Positions 10,501 to 22,618 are shown, numbered from the stretch's first letter. The stretch: 64,000 bases of DNA from Marsupella aquatica (GCA_973895155.1 OZ316896.1:23406967-23470966); one strand, 5' to 3'. The notes: a model not told the origin generated them from the sequence alone. Numbers and translations are program-made.

Positions 10501-12177
10501 CAGATGGAGTCTGTCATCATTGCAGAGCTCGACAAGGAGCTAAGAGCAACCCGGGAGGAGAGGACTACCTTGAAACAAGAACGGGAGGAAGCCCAGAAGG
10601 AACTAGAGGAGGCAGGCAAGGACCTGGATGAGACCCAGGAGGAGTTGGAGGAAATCACGAGGAAGATGGAGAACCTCCAGCGGCGGGCCGACAACCAAAC
10701 GGAGCGGCTGAAGAAACAAGCCGCAGTATTTAAGTGCTTGTCTTCATCAGGCCCAACTCCAATTGGGGCAACCAAGTTACCAGGAGTGGTACTGGCCGAA
10801 GAAAAACCCGTGCCAACTGCACTAGTGCCGGAAGTAAGTGGCAAGGGGAAGGGACCAGCGGCCGAACCAGAAAAGAAGAAAAAGCGGAAACCTTCAGGGT
10901 CAAGGAGTAATCCGACTCCACAAGCCGTGGTGACCAAAGAGGTAGAACCAGCACCATCCTCCGGCATGAATCCAGCAAAAGATCCCGCTATCATCACAGG
11001 TGGGGGTGGTGCGGCCCAAGCCGAACTACTCAGTAATGAGGCCGGTATTCCAGATCCGCCTCTTGAGCAGGCCGGGGAGGCCGTAGCCGAGGCTGAGGCC
11101 GTAACCGATTCCCGAGCCGATGCCGACGCCGATGGTGGACCCAGTCAGGCCGATGGAGAGTTGACTCAATCAAGGGCAGGTAATCTGTCAGGGAATGAGC
11201 CTACGGCAGTGGCTGAGGAGGAAGCGTTGGGGGCGTCCATTAAGGATCCACCACCGGTGTCGTGACGGTGCAAAGGCGCCGTTCCTTTTAGGGAGGGCGG
11301 ACGTGGAGGGAGGAGGCGTGAGTGGGCAGGGCGGGCGCGGATCTCCAAGTTTAGGATTAGGATCAGGACCAGGAGCGGCCCTGACACTTAGCTTAGTGGG
11401 ATTGCGGTCCCACTGGTAGGAGCAACACTTGTGCTCCTGCCTTGCTGTACATAGGTAGATTCGGGCAAGTAGATTACTGTTAAGTAGATTAGGCTTACGA
11501 TGCAAAGAATGGTGGATCCACTACCAGGATAAGTACCTGGGCAGCGGGGAGCTCAGGGCCTCTTCTTTAGCAAGTTTTTAGTTTGCACCAGCCGGGCTGG
11601 GATCAAGTAGTACGAGAAGCTCTCGGTTAGTCATACAGTGACCCTTGTGTATATTCATGTTTCCTCATGCCTAAGAGCTGAATAGAGTTGGCCTCACGGC
11701 TTAGTTCGCAGAACTTGTGTATGAGATGTACTGTTTGTATGGCAAGTGCATGGTATGACTCAGTCAGAATGAGTCATTTTGCTATTTGTGTGTCTCATTA
11801 ACTTGTGTGAAGAGTGCCCACATCAACCAAAAGGAAGGAAAGTAAGCAGGGGAGTGAGAGTTGGATGTGTCGAGCTGAGAGAGGTCTTAGCGGCTTAACC
11901 AAGCCTATTGGGGATCATTCCGGCGGCGGAATCCAAACATACCTAACAAGACGGAGGGGAAGATAGGGGAAGGCCTAGATTAGGCCGGCTACGTATCTCA
12001 TGACCCGATGAAGGATCTGTCCAGTATATGTGTGTAAAATGTTAATAGTAGTAGTAGAAGGTTAGCAGCGTCCCATGCCGCTAAGCCGCGGAAACGGCCT
12101 CGCCAAGCGCGAAACCCGCGGGAATCGGCATGAGCTGGGGGGTTTCTTGGGTTTAGGGAGCCATGGGACGCACCACA
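7514..12177 (+). mobile_element. Family A solo LTR, 4664 bp, TSD ACCGG
   Basis: TGTGATG...GCACCACA flanked by ACCGG at 7509-7513 and 12178-12182. No PBS or PPT adjacent; host sequence resumes exactly. Confidence 0.95.
7891..11265 (+). CDS. Intact LTR-encoded protein, 1124 aa (PMD/Transposase_32-like domain, NLS-like motifs, ~250-aa coiled coil)
   Basis: Uninterrupted ORF wholly inside the TSD-flanked solo LTR. The MSNV start aligns with the family B start. Domain call is by motif resemblance only. Confidence 0.85.
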   Translation: MSNVNQAAHFWGCLFERATEYIKTYEDEESERAARERQELARLWELQKTAFLGGELIKDEFLWTPTSNQLDDLLFCKDSVVGIQEAIKNCNDIHWELKGSTERWTQATVLGETSTAAGMKRKGAVNDEATPTKRTRSAAPKKPAEQQSRRQGEAEEEEVDPIKAIPTRDDTWKGWAATLPVEVQLHFAREEDACFTAMQTKKYQGFMAGSGLEAFVRLPWLKPEVPESDLLEFVGSWEPETNCTRIYGKDFYLTPKVIAEVFGLPIGNKTKVDTRKTLPDKEFRSFPGPSTKNGFFRNTCTNPHIGEMIDFLRVTMHCNLPRAEIGKAQVYLAERPDPSRDYNGYLLNQLKKILREEQQVIGMGSVSRLGYHMPLLCRYARGQTFAPVLPLQVRAPEEAPTPRPLAEKPQPPVSPTIEQVFRPRKEDLPMQQPGMQSLLKLLEKEKKSASATTTATATMQDTTTEVGLHRLTRENPFAGDKERIRPESKPGVRMYVGTSSSESEAELPEAPTDEEEREKPDVQEVEEAVEDCSHDNSGYGSDHHVPGVRTCGRFVPTLPRVVRGDPNQQSSPESPPPDVAPPSFDGIKQTVQEFQERIRQEEEAALAREKDLPGGDWPEDIRWLAEKGSKPLATIEEIRRTAWEQRPRWAMPITSTYSTYAKNRAMEYGEMCGELALGIFGEELEVGPFFHREQLEKHQLEEAVALERSKKDEVIRRLRRMEAEIEDLRAAKKAQDELRIKRHELNIMQGQLDTAQADNQNIKDKLTQTQGELADTIKEREKWKQELKNTEEAHITANSRAMAETQRKEWALKGELEKIRGALEQKEAELGKSYQGIMALQQELASLTASFKADLREKDEMLEQTYAKMNQMESVIIAELDKELRATREERTTLKQEREEAQKELEEAGKDLDETQEELEEITRKMENLQRRADNQTERLKKQAAVFKCLSSSGPTPIGATKLPGVVLAEEKPVPTALVPEVSGKGKGPAAEPEKKKKRKPSGSRSNPTPQAVVTKEVEPAPSSGMNPAKDPAIITGGGGAAQAELLSNEAGIPDPPLEQAGEAVAEAEAVTDSRADADADGGPSQADGELTQSRAGNLSGNEPTAVAEEEALGASIKDPPPVS

Positions 12178-13920
12178 ACCGGCCACAGGTCCTTACTCCT
12201 GGAACATGATGATCCGACCCATAGCCGGAGTTATCATTGCTGTAGTCCTCCACCGCCTCCTCCACTGCTTGGACTCCCGGCTTCCCCTTCTCTTCTCCGC
12301 GGGTAGGAGCCTTAGGCTGTTCTGCCTCGGATTCGGAGCTTGAGGCTCCCACATACATTTGAACTCCCGGCTCGTGTTCCGGCCTCCTCCTCTCCTTGGC
12401 TCCGGTAAAGGGGTTTTCCTTCATGAGTCATCTTAGGCCTACCTCTGGGGCAGCGTCCTGTACCGGTGGGGTTGCCGTTGCCGGTGCCGGTGCCGTTTGC
12501 TTTTCCTTCTCCAGCATCTTCAGCAGATTCTGCATGCCTGGTTGCTGCATCGGCAAGTCTTCTTTTCTTGGCCTAAACACCTGTTTGATCGTAGGACTAG
12601 CAGGCTGGTTGGGCTTCTCTGCTGCCGGCCTCTGTTCCGGAGCTTCCTCTGGTGCCCTTACCTCCAGGGGAAGTACTGGGGCAAAGATCTGACTTCGGGC
12701 ATACTGGCACAACAGCGGCATGTGATAGCCAAGCCGGGATACGCTTCCCATGCCGATCACCTGTTGTTCCTCCCTTAAGATCTTCTTCAATTGGTTGAGG
12801 AGGTACCCATTGTAGTCCCGGCTTGGGTCTGGCCTCTCTGCCAAGTAGACTTGTGCCTTGCCGATCTCTGCCCTTGGCAAGTTGCAATGCATGGTCACCC
12901 GCAAGAAATCGATCATCTCTCCGTTGTGCGGGAAGAAGCCATTCTTCGTCGATGGCCCCGAAAATGACCAGAACTCCTTGTCAGGCAAGGTCTTCTTGGT
13001 ATCTACTTTGGTCTTATTGCCCATCGGCAAGCCAAACACTTCGGCAATCACCTGGGGAGTGAGATAGAAATCCTTCCCATACACCCTCGTGGCATTGGTC
13101 TCGGGCTCCCATGACCCCACGAATTCTAATAAGTCTGAATCCGGCACCTCCGGCTTCAGCCATGGGAATCTTACGAAGGCTTCCAAGCCGGATCCGGCCA
13201 TGAAGCCCTGGTACTTTTTGGTCTGCATGGCCGTAAAGCATGCATCCTCCTCTCGTGCAAAATGTAGTTGCACTTCCTCTGGTAGGGTCGCCGCCCAGCC
13301 TTTCCAAGTGTCATCCTTGGTTGGAATGGCATTGATGGGATCAACCTCCTCCTCTTTGGCTTCTCCCTGCCTCCTGCTCTGCTGCTCTGCTGGCTTCCTT
13401 GGTGCCGCCGACCTTGTTCTTTTTTCCGGGGTGGCCTCTTCGTTGCTGTTTCCTTTCCTCTTCATCTCGGCTGCCGTGGATGTTTCTCCTAGCACGGTTG
13501 CCTTCGTCCACCCCTCCGTGCTACCCTTCAACTCCCAGTGCACGTCGTTGCAGCGGTTGATGGCTTCCCGAATGCCGACGATCCTGTTTTTGCAAAACAG
13601 AAGGTTGTCGAGCTGATTGGTAGTAGGAGTCCACAAGAACTCGGCCTTGATGAGTTCTCCTCCTAAGAAGGCGGTCCTTACCCCTCTCCCTGCCTGGTCT
13701 TCCCCCCCATTGGTTTACCCCTAGCTGCCGACACTTAGCGTGCCCTAACCCTAACCGTGTTTTCTCCCCCGGTGTCCTTACCTCCGGCCTCGGCCCGGGT
13801 TCCATAGTCACCCTTAATTGTTTATATTTTCCTTGTTTTTGTTCCTATACTAATGTGTTTCTAGGGTACACTCCCGTTTTCCCACTTAACTGGCCCAGTG
13901 ATTCCTGGCTAGGCATCACA

Positions 13921-13935
13921 TAGCTCCCCACTTAA
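13921..13935 (-). promoter_or_regulatory. Polypurine tract
   Basis: TTAAGTGGGGAGCTA immediately before the 3' LTR TG. Confidence 0.7.
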
Positions 13936-16900
13936 TTGTGAAGCGTCCTTGCGAACAACTTCATCTTCGTCCATATAGTATTCTTGAGGCGGTCGTAATG
14001 GATGCGAACTGGGTATACCTCTCCAGTAATGTTGGCTAATTGTACCGAGCCATTGGAGAACTTCATTGCTACCCTGAAAGGTCCTAACCAGCAAGTGTAA
14101 AGCTTCCCCGGAAACCTACTATACCTACTGTCATAAAGTAATACAAGATCTCCTATGTGAATACTAACTGGTTTCAACCTCTTATCATACTGTTGCTTCA
14201 TGGTATTTTGTCTATGTTCTATCCTCTCAGCTGAAATCATTCTTGCCTCTTCTAAAGCTTCTAACCTATATTCTCGCTCCTTTAGGCTTTCCTCCTCTGA
14301 GGCTCTCTCCTCAATTGTAACTTGAAATGTAGGAATCTCAAGTTGCATGGGTACCAGAGCTTCCTGTCCAAAGGTTAAGAAAAACGGTGTATGACCGGTA
14401 GTGGATTTATAGGCTAAATTGTAAGCAAAAACAGCAGCAAACAATTTATCATCCCAATCGAGTTTGTTCTGAGCTACCGTCTTGTTCAATATCTTTCCTA
14501 TAATTCCATTTGCTCATTCTGTCAACCCATTTGCCTTTGGATGGTAGGGAGTAGTAGGCCTATGTCTAACTAAATACTGCTCATTTAAACGACTAATTAT
14601 ATCATTCAGAAAATGGGTTCCTCTATCACTAACTAATTCTAGGGGTGCACCATACCTGGTGAAGATTTGCTCATACATGAATCGAGCCGTAGTAATTGCA
14701 TCATCCTTCGTTGTCGGCCTGGCCTCTACCCACTTAGTTGCATAATCCGTGGCCAGGATTATGTACTTGTTTCTTCGAGGGTGGGTCAATGGTTTTAGGG
14801 GTCCGATGTAATCAATACCCCACTTCTCGAATGGTGCCAGAGGTAGAATAGGATGCAGTGGATGTCTTGTGGATGCCCTTGGTCCTCCCGCTCGCTGACA
14901 AGGATCGCATTGTTTGATAAACTGATAGACATCCTTGTGCAAGGTGGGCCACCAGTAACCGACATTTAATATCTTTTTAGACGTGGTTACTGGAGCAAAA
15001 TGTCCCCCGGCCTCCTCCCATGCATGGCCCGTAGGGCTCATTTTACCTCTCCTTTTTCCAAACACCTTTGAATCGTGCCGCTGATTCCATGCCTGTGCAA
15101 TATGCCCTTAATGCACTGATACTGTCTGACCTTCCGCAAAAAGACTGCGGCTTGCTCACGGCTGAGTCCTGGCTGTAATCTGGAAGTGCTGAGAAATTGT
15201 AAAATCTCAGGGTACCATGTATCAGCTATTTCCACAACGAATAGCTCCTCGTCGGGGAATCGATCATCGATGCAATCCGTGGCAGGTTCACCTGTGATCC
15301 TTGAAAAGAAGTCGGCATTGGCGTGTAGCTTTCCCGGCTTGATTTTTAGCTTGTAGTCAAACTCCTGTAATAGCAAAATCCATCTTGCTACCCTGCCTGT
15401 AAGGTCCGGCTTATTGACTAGGTACTTCAAACTTTCATGATCGGTATGAAAGATTACTTTGTACCCTAGTAAATAATGCCTAAACTTTTTACATGAATAA
15501 ATGATTCCTAATGCTTCTCTTTCTATGGTGGAGTAGTTTCGTTCGGCATCGGCAAGCTGGCGGCTTGCAAAGTATATGGGATGGTCCCTTCCTTTCTCAT
15601 CCAACTGACTTAGTACTGAGCCGATACAGAAGCCTGAGACATCTACAAAGACATAAAAATCCTTGTTCCAGTCTGGTGCTATCATGACTGGAGCCTCTAC
15701 TAACATCTGCTTCAATTCTACCACCGCTGTTACTCGTTCTGGTGTGGGTTCAAAGTCTGCACCTGCCTTGAGCATGTTGGTTAATGGTAAAGCTAGCTTG
15801 GCAAAATCCTTGATGAACGGCGATAATAACCAATGCAACCCAAGAAGGATCTCACATCCTTTATGTTCTTAGGTTGCATGATATCTAGCCACACTGCTAG
15901 CTTACCTTTGTCAATCTCAATGCCCTTCTTTGATACCTTGTGACCTAGTAGCACCCCCTCTGTTACTGCAAAGAAACATTTATCTGGGTGTAACTTGAGA
16001 CCTACCTCTCTGCATCTCAAGAAGGTTTTCCTGAGGTATTTAGCATGTTTTGATGCCTTCCCAAACACTGCAAAGTCATCAATGAAGATTTCTATGAACT
16101 TTCTCAAGTAGTCATGGAAAATGTTCACCATTAATCGTTGGAACATCGTTGGTGCATTACAGAGTCCAAACGACATACGATTGAAGACATAGATCCCCCA
16201 TTCCGTGATGAAGGCCGTCTTGATTTGATCCTCCTGCCTGATCCTGATTTGGTTATAACCCGAGTAACCATCCATTAATGAGTATAGTTCATGACTGGCT
16301 ACCATATCTAGTACCATATCAGTAAAGGGTAAAGGAAAATGGTCTTTTAATGTAGCCTCATTCAACTTCTTGTAATCCTGACCAACCCGGATCTTTGGTT
16401 TACCATCGGGTCCAGCTTTCTTGGGAACTATCACAATTGGAGACACCTAGTCTGAGTGTAGGATTGGAGTGATGAATCTGGCTTCCACTAGTTTATCGAT
16501 TTCAGCCTTGACCATCAGAGAATACTTAGGGTTCATCCTTCGAATTGGTTGTCGAAATGATTTGGCCCCTAACATGAGATAGATTCGGTGTTCTCCTAGT
16601 TTTGGGTCTACTCCCTTCAGATCTTGGTGACTCCATGCGAACACATCCTGGAATTCAATCAGTAATTCACTGATCTCTTTCTCGAGCTCAGGTGTTAGGT
16701 CCCTCCCTAAGTTCAGTTCCCTTCCTTCTCCTAAGTCGAGCTTTCGGTATTGCCGTGCTTGGATCATATTAATCTGCTTCTTCAAATTCGGGTCCAGCTC
16801 GGCTTCCAGCCTCTCCAGTCTCATACCTCCATAGACTGGAATCTCGGTTGTACTAGCCGAGTTGGTTGACTTAATTTCTCCCTGGTCATCAACAGACTGT

Positions 16901-17097
16901 TCCCTTGCCATTCTGCTTGGTTTTGATTTAGTTGTCGGCTTCCCTTCCTGACTCGGCTCTGGGTTGTTCCCATGCATCTCATCTATTCCTGCTTCCTGAG
17001 GGTCAGGCTGTCATGCTCTTCCTGCTTCTAGTAGGGCCTCAATTTGCTCTGCCCTCGAGATCGGCTTGTAAGCTGATCCCCTTGTATTTAATTTGTT

Positions 17098-17157
17098 GCC
17101 GATGATCGATGGCGTTGTGGATCCCGTCGGCTCTGCCACAACGCCTGAGGAAAATCC
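17098..17157 (-). promoter_or_regulatory. Putative -1 ribosomal frameshift signal (A2 copy)
   Basis: GGATTTT at 17157-17151, 5-nt spacer, GGCGTTGTGG/CCACAACGCC stem, GCCGA/TCGGC second stem. Confidence 0.75.
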
Positions 17158-20124
17158 ACTGTCCTTGCTGCAGCTCCCCACCTAGCCGTTTTATCCAACT
17201 GGTCCACCTCTTTTACTTCCTCCAGAATTGAAGCTAAAAAGGTGGATTCTATTGTAAAGCAATCCTCGGTCTCTTCTTCACCTTCCTCCAAGTCACCTTC
17301 CATAGGTTCTTGCCATAATCCGTTGGGGGGTACTTCTGGTCCAAAGACACTTTCTTTGGTTAGGTCAGTGAGGCATTCTAGCCAACGTACTTCATCGGCT
17401 GACTCCAGTCCACTGTCATACCCATCTACTTCCCTGATGTTTTTCCTACGGTCATCCTTAGTGTCCCAGGATACCGTGATAGAGGGGGTCCCAAAAGTGA
17501 ACTCCTTCTTACCCCAATCTTCTATTACCTTGGCTAGGTACAGCCATGGTCTGCCAATTAATATTCGGAACGACGTAGGGTTCACCGGCTTCATCACTAC
17601 ATAGTTAATGCTAAAGAAGATTCCTCCTATCTCAGTCTTGATGCCGGTTAACACTCCCGTGGGAATGACCTGATACCCATTGGCCATGTTTAACACTCTT
17701 CCAGTCATCTCCGGCGTTAGACCCCATCCTTTTGCTGTTGAATCAATCATAATACATACCCCGGATCCTCCATCAATGGGTACCCGTAGTAATATTTCTC
17801 CTTGAATCATTAATGGTAATGCTGGGGCTCCTTGATCTTCTTCTATCATCAGCACGTCGGATTTGGTTGCTACCTTGGGTAATCGTGGCTTGCCGAGAAT
17901 CGCCTTCCTTAACTGCTTCCGGAAGTACGGGCTATTTTTCAAAAGTTGACCTACTATTGCTGAGACTCTAGACTCTAGCACATCTTTAGCCAGGTCATAG
18001 GGAACTATCGGCTTCTCTTCTGGCGGTGTCTCTATCTTGGCTTCGGCCTGTTTTTCCACGCTGGTTTCCACAGCCCTTGGATCCTTCGAAGCAAACAACA
18101 CTTTTGCTCATTTCACATCCTTGGCTATGGCTTCGGTATTCTCCAGGGTTTCTAATTCTCGCAATTGTTCCTTAACACTAGCCGTAATAGAGGGGTAGAA
18201 CAACTTAGGATGATCTCGATTGAAGTTGCTGTCCTGTGAAGGATTGGGCTCACTGGTGGGCTCATGGCTTACCTGTGTTGCCGACGCCTTTCCTTCCCCT
18301 TCCGTTGATGTTGACGAAGAGTCGATCCTTTCTTCCTTAACCTTCCCTTTATTTTTGGCCAGCCCATCCCACCTTTCCTTCCTTCTGGTGGATCGAGTAG
18401 AGACCCGGTAGCAATCATGATCCAAATCCTCTTCTGAGAAGGTTGATAGGGCCTCGGCCTCATCATCAGATGGTCCAAACTCTGCCTCGGCATCCGTTTG
18501 CCATCCGAGTTCGATGTGGTTGATTTGAACTCCTCCGGGGGGTACCTGTCGGTAAAACCTTGACTGGCAAGAGTTTATGATTTGCGGCCAGGCCTGCCAA
18601 CCAAGTAGGACATTGTCCTAGCATATGACCTTCCTGTCGGCATCCCATACATAGCTGAGCTGGTTGTCCATCACCTTGTTTATGTGCATTTGGGCATTCC
18701 CTAGCAAAATGGCCAGGTTGACCACAATTATAGCATGCCGCAAATCTTTGCACATTCGGCCTAGGAGGTACTGACGGATTTTGAATAATCCGAGGATACA
18801 TCTCTCCCGGATTGTTCCTTAATCCCGACCAGAGAGATGCAGGTCTGTTGGATAGGTCTTGTGCTCCAGTCTCACTGATGCCGAAAACACTATCAGCGGC
18901 ATCTCCTAGGAAGTACTCTACTTCTCCCTGACATGGTCTGACCTCAGCCACATGCCGAACATGACTGGTATTAAGTTTAGGACACGCATCTTTATGGTGT
19001 CCGGTTTTATAACATAAGGCACACCATACAGAGCTATCCTCCTGTACTACCTTCTTCTTTGGTTTTACCTCTGCTATTATAGCCTTAAGCTGCTCGGTAA
19101 GGGCTACAATGTTATCTGGTGTTTTAGCCTCTAGCTTGACTTTCATCTTCCCTCTCCTTCTGCCCTTCCTTTTCCTAGTTTTTTCTTCTTCAGAACTAGA
19201 AGATGACTCACTCTTGCTACTTCCACTATCCGAGCTTGAGTTATCACTTCTTGACTTCTTAGAATGTTTCTTTTTCTTATCTTTTTTCTTATGGGGTGAT
19301 CCCTCCTCCGATGAGGAACTCTCAGACTTAAGCTGTTTCTTCCGGCTTGTGATATCTGCATTAATGTATAATTGAATATCCTTAATTGCCTCGGCCAAGG
19401 TCTCTGGGTTCTCCTTCCTAATTGCAAAACTCATCTTTTGTGGCAAAGCATTCACTAACCATTGAAGTTGCATACCTTCAGATGCATTGGTCTTTGTACG
19501 TCTTACCAACTTTTGGAAGCGTTGCAAGAACTTTCTGAAGGATTTGTTCTCCTTGAACCGAAGTCGTCCCAACTTCAGCACTGCTAACTCTGAAGTTCCA
19601 ATGGGTCAAAATTCTTTGACAAATAGTGATCTAAAAGTATTCTAGATGGCTTGATCTTCCACGTCCAATGCTCTGTACCACGGCCTAGCCTCACCTTTGA
19701 ACAGGCCGGGAAGAATTTGCATCTTGATGGCCGATTCTCCATTTGCTGCAGCGGTTCCCTCGAAGTCATCCAACCATTCGTCCGGATCCTCATCTCCTCT
19801 CCCATGAAAGGCCTTGTAATGAATGCACGACTGTTGGCTCAGTCTGGTCCCTGGCCTCTCATCTGGCCCTGTCTCTGGTTCCCCATGTCGGTTGGAGACT
19901 CACTTCTAAGACCGACTCTTCTTCTGGTATGTCTTCTTTGATGCCACTTTCAGTTACGGAGCTACTAGCTCTTTCTGCCCCTCTCAGTCGTTGTGTATCA
20001 TGCCACCCGGCAAGCTGCTGCAGACGAGCTCTCTCCCATTGAATCGCTCTTTCCTCCCTCGGCGTAGGGTCAGTCATTACCTACGCTTCCTTCCTAACTT
20101 CATATCTCACGGCTTAAGAAATGC

Positions 20125-20142
20125 CCCCTCCATCTAGCGCCA
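20125..20142 (-). promoter_or_regulatory. Primer binding site, tRNA-Asn-like
   Basis: TGGCGCTAGATGGAGGGG, 4 nt after the LTR end. Confidence 0.8.
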
Positions 20143-22262
20143 AAAATGTGGTGCGTCCCATGGCTCCCCAAACCCAAGAAACCCTCCTGCACAAGCCAAT
20201 TCCCGCAGGTTTTGTCCTCAGCGAGGCCGTTTCCTCGGCTTAGCGGCATGGGACGCTGCTAATCCTCTACTACTATTATTAACACTTTACACACATATAC
20301 TGGACAGATCCTTCATCGGGTCATGAGATACGTAGTCGGCCTAATCTAGGCCTTACCTTGCCTTCCCCTCGTCTTCTTTAGGTATATTTGGATTCCGCCG
20401 CCGGAATGATCCCCAATTGGCTTGGTTAAGCCGCTAAGACCTCTCTCAGCTCGACACATCTAGCTCTCACTCCCTTGCTTACTTTCGTTCCTATCTTAGT
20501 TGATGTGGGCACTCTTCACACAAGTTAATGCGACACACAAATAGCAGAATGACTCCTTCTGACTGAGTTATACCATGCACTTGCCATACAAACAGTAGAT
20601 CTCATACACAAGCTCTGCGAACTAAGCCGTGAGGCCAACTCTATTCAGCTCTTAGGCATGAGGAAACATGATTATACACAAGGGTCACTGCATAACTAAC
20701 CGAGAGCTTCTCCTACTACTTGATCCCAGCCTGCTGGTGCAACTAAAAACTTGCTAAAGAAGAGGCCCCGACCTCCCCGCAGCCCAGGTACTTATCCTGG
20801 CTGTGGATCCGCCCAATTCCTTGCATCGTAAGCCTAATCTACCTAACTGTAATCCCGCCGTTGTAAGTTCTCCATCTTCCTTGTGATTTCCTCCAACTCC
20901 TCTTGGGTTTTGTCCAGGTCCTTCCGTACCTCCTCCTGCTCCTTCTGGGCCTCCTTCAACTCCTTCTGGGCTGCTTGCAACTCCTCTGCTAAGGTAGTCC
21001 TTTCTTCCTGGGTTGCTCTTAGCTCCTTGTCGAGCTCCTTCACGACTTCAGACTCCATCTTGTTCATCTTGGCATAAGTCTGATCGAGCTGGTCGTCTTT
21101 CTCCCGCAGGTCGGCCTTGAAGCCGGCTGTCAGGGATGCAAGCTCTTGCTGCAGCACAATGATCCCTTGATAGGCTTTCCTTAATTCGGCCTCCTTCTGC
21201 TCAAGGGCTCCACGGATATCCTCGAGTTCCCCTTTTAATGCCCTCTCCTTTCTCTGGGTCTCCGCCATGGCCCGATTGTTGGCTGCTAAGTGGGCCTCCT
21301 CTGCGTCCCTTAGCTCCCGCTTCCACTTCTCCTTTTCCTTGACTACGCCGGCCAACTCTCCTTGGGTCCGAGTCAGTTTATCTTTGATAATCTGATTGTC
21401 AGACTGCGTGGTATCCAACTGCCTCTGCATGATGTTTAGCTCATGCCGCTTGATCCGTAGCTCATCTTGGGCTTTCTTGGCCGTCTTCAGGTCTTCCACG
21501 TTGGCTTCCATCTCCCTAAGCCGTCGGATGACCTCGTCCTTCTTGTTTCTCTCCAAAGCCATCACTTCTTCTAATCGGTGCTTCTCCAACATCTCCCTGC
21601 TCCAACTCCTCCCCAAAGATGCTGAGCGCAAGTTCCCCACACATCTCCCCGTACTCCATGGCTCTATCTTTAGCATAGGTGGAGTAAGTAGAAGTCATCG
21701 GCATCAACCACCGCAACCTCTATTCCCAAGCCGTCTTGCGGATCTCTTCTATGGTGGCAAGAGGGTTGTTTCTTTTTTTGGCAAGCCGCCTGATGTCCTC
21801 CGGCCAATCTCCTCTTGGCAAATCTTTTTCCCTAGCCAGGGCTGCCTTCTCTTCCTCCCTAAGTCGCTTCTGAAACTCTTGTGCCGTTTGCTTGATGTCG
21901 TCAAAGCTCGGGGGAGCGACATCTGGTGGGGAGACTCGGGGCTACTCTGCTGGGTGGGGTCCCCTCGAACTACTCTTGGAAGCGTGGGGATAAACCGGCC
22001 ACAGGTCCTTACTCCTGGAACATGATGATCCAACCCATAGCCGGAGTTATCATTGCTGTAGTCCTCCATCGCCTCCTCCACTGCTTGGACTCCCGGCTTC
22101 CCCTTCTCTTCTCCGCGGGTAGGAGCCTTAGGCTGTTCTGCCTCGGATTTGGAGCTTGAGGCTCCCACATACATTCGAACTCCCGGCTCGTGTTCCGGCC
22201 TCCTCCTCTCCTTGGCTCCGGTAAAGGGGTTTTCCTTCATGAGTCGTCTTAGGCCTACCTCT

Positions 22263-22618
22263 GAGGTGTTTACAAAAGACAGCAAACAGGAAACAGGATT
22301 TAATAACAGAAACTGGTAACAGGAAAAAAAACTGGTAACAGGAAAATGGGTGGAATTTTTTTTGATTTTTTTTTGAATTTGTTTTTGAATTTTTTTTTTT
22401 GCGATTTTTTTTTTTCCGGTCAACCAGTTTTTTTTGCCAGCGCCCGACGCTGCTAATAGTAGCGTCCAAAGCTAGCCAAAAATGTTGCATTGTTAATTTT
22501 TTTGGAAATAACATGTTTTAGGAGACATTTTTAAATTGCCATTTTTCCTGGTAACAGCATTTTAAAAACAGGAAAAAAAATCTTGTTTACCTGTTTCCTG
22601 TCTCCGTCGCTATACCCC
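22263..22618. mobile_element. ~355-bp AT-rich non-autonomous DNA transposon (MITE-like)
   Basis: Absent from the sister LTR; (CC)TACCTCT duplicated on both sides; imperfect ~30-bp TIRs with repeated AAACAGG. Confidence 0.75.

Larger units (their letters stand above)
6657..13920 (-). repeat. 3' LTR of the A2 element (interrupted by solo LTR 7514-12177); carries a decayed LTR ORF
   Basis: Starts TGTGATGCCTAGCC at 13920 right after the PPT; ORF fragments 12428..13636, 12062..12424 and 6901..7221. Confidence 0.85.
13909..20077 (-). pseudogene. gag-pol: A2 gag-protease-RT-RNaseH-integrase, broken by stops and frameshifts
   Basis: Fragmented ORFs colinear with and highly similar to intact 57037..60030 and 53864..57130 (CCHC knuckles, IDGGSG, FIDD, integrase core, GPF). 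Confidence 0.93.

Noticed and set aside
7891-11265. LTR ORF as an env gene or a captured host myosin/SMC-like gene
   Set aside because: No signal peptide or TM segment is evident, and homologues occur only in LTR context here; the coiled-coil resemblance is compositional.
11995-12025. Hammerhead ribozyme (retrozyme-like) core at CCGATGAAG
   Set aside because: Lacks CUGANGA with a correctly placed GAAA and the three stems.
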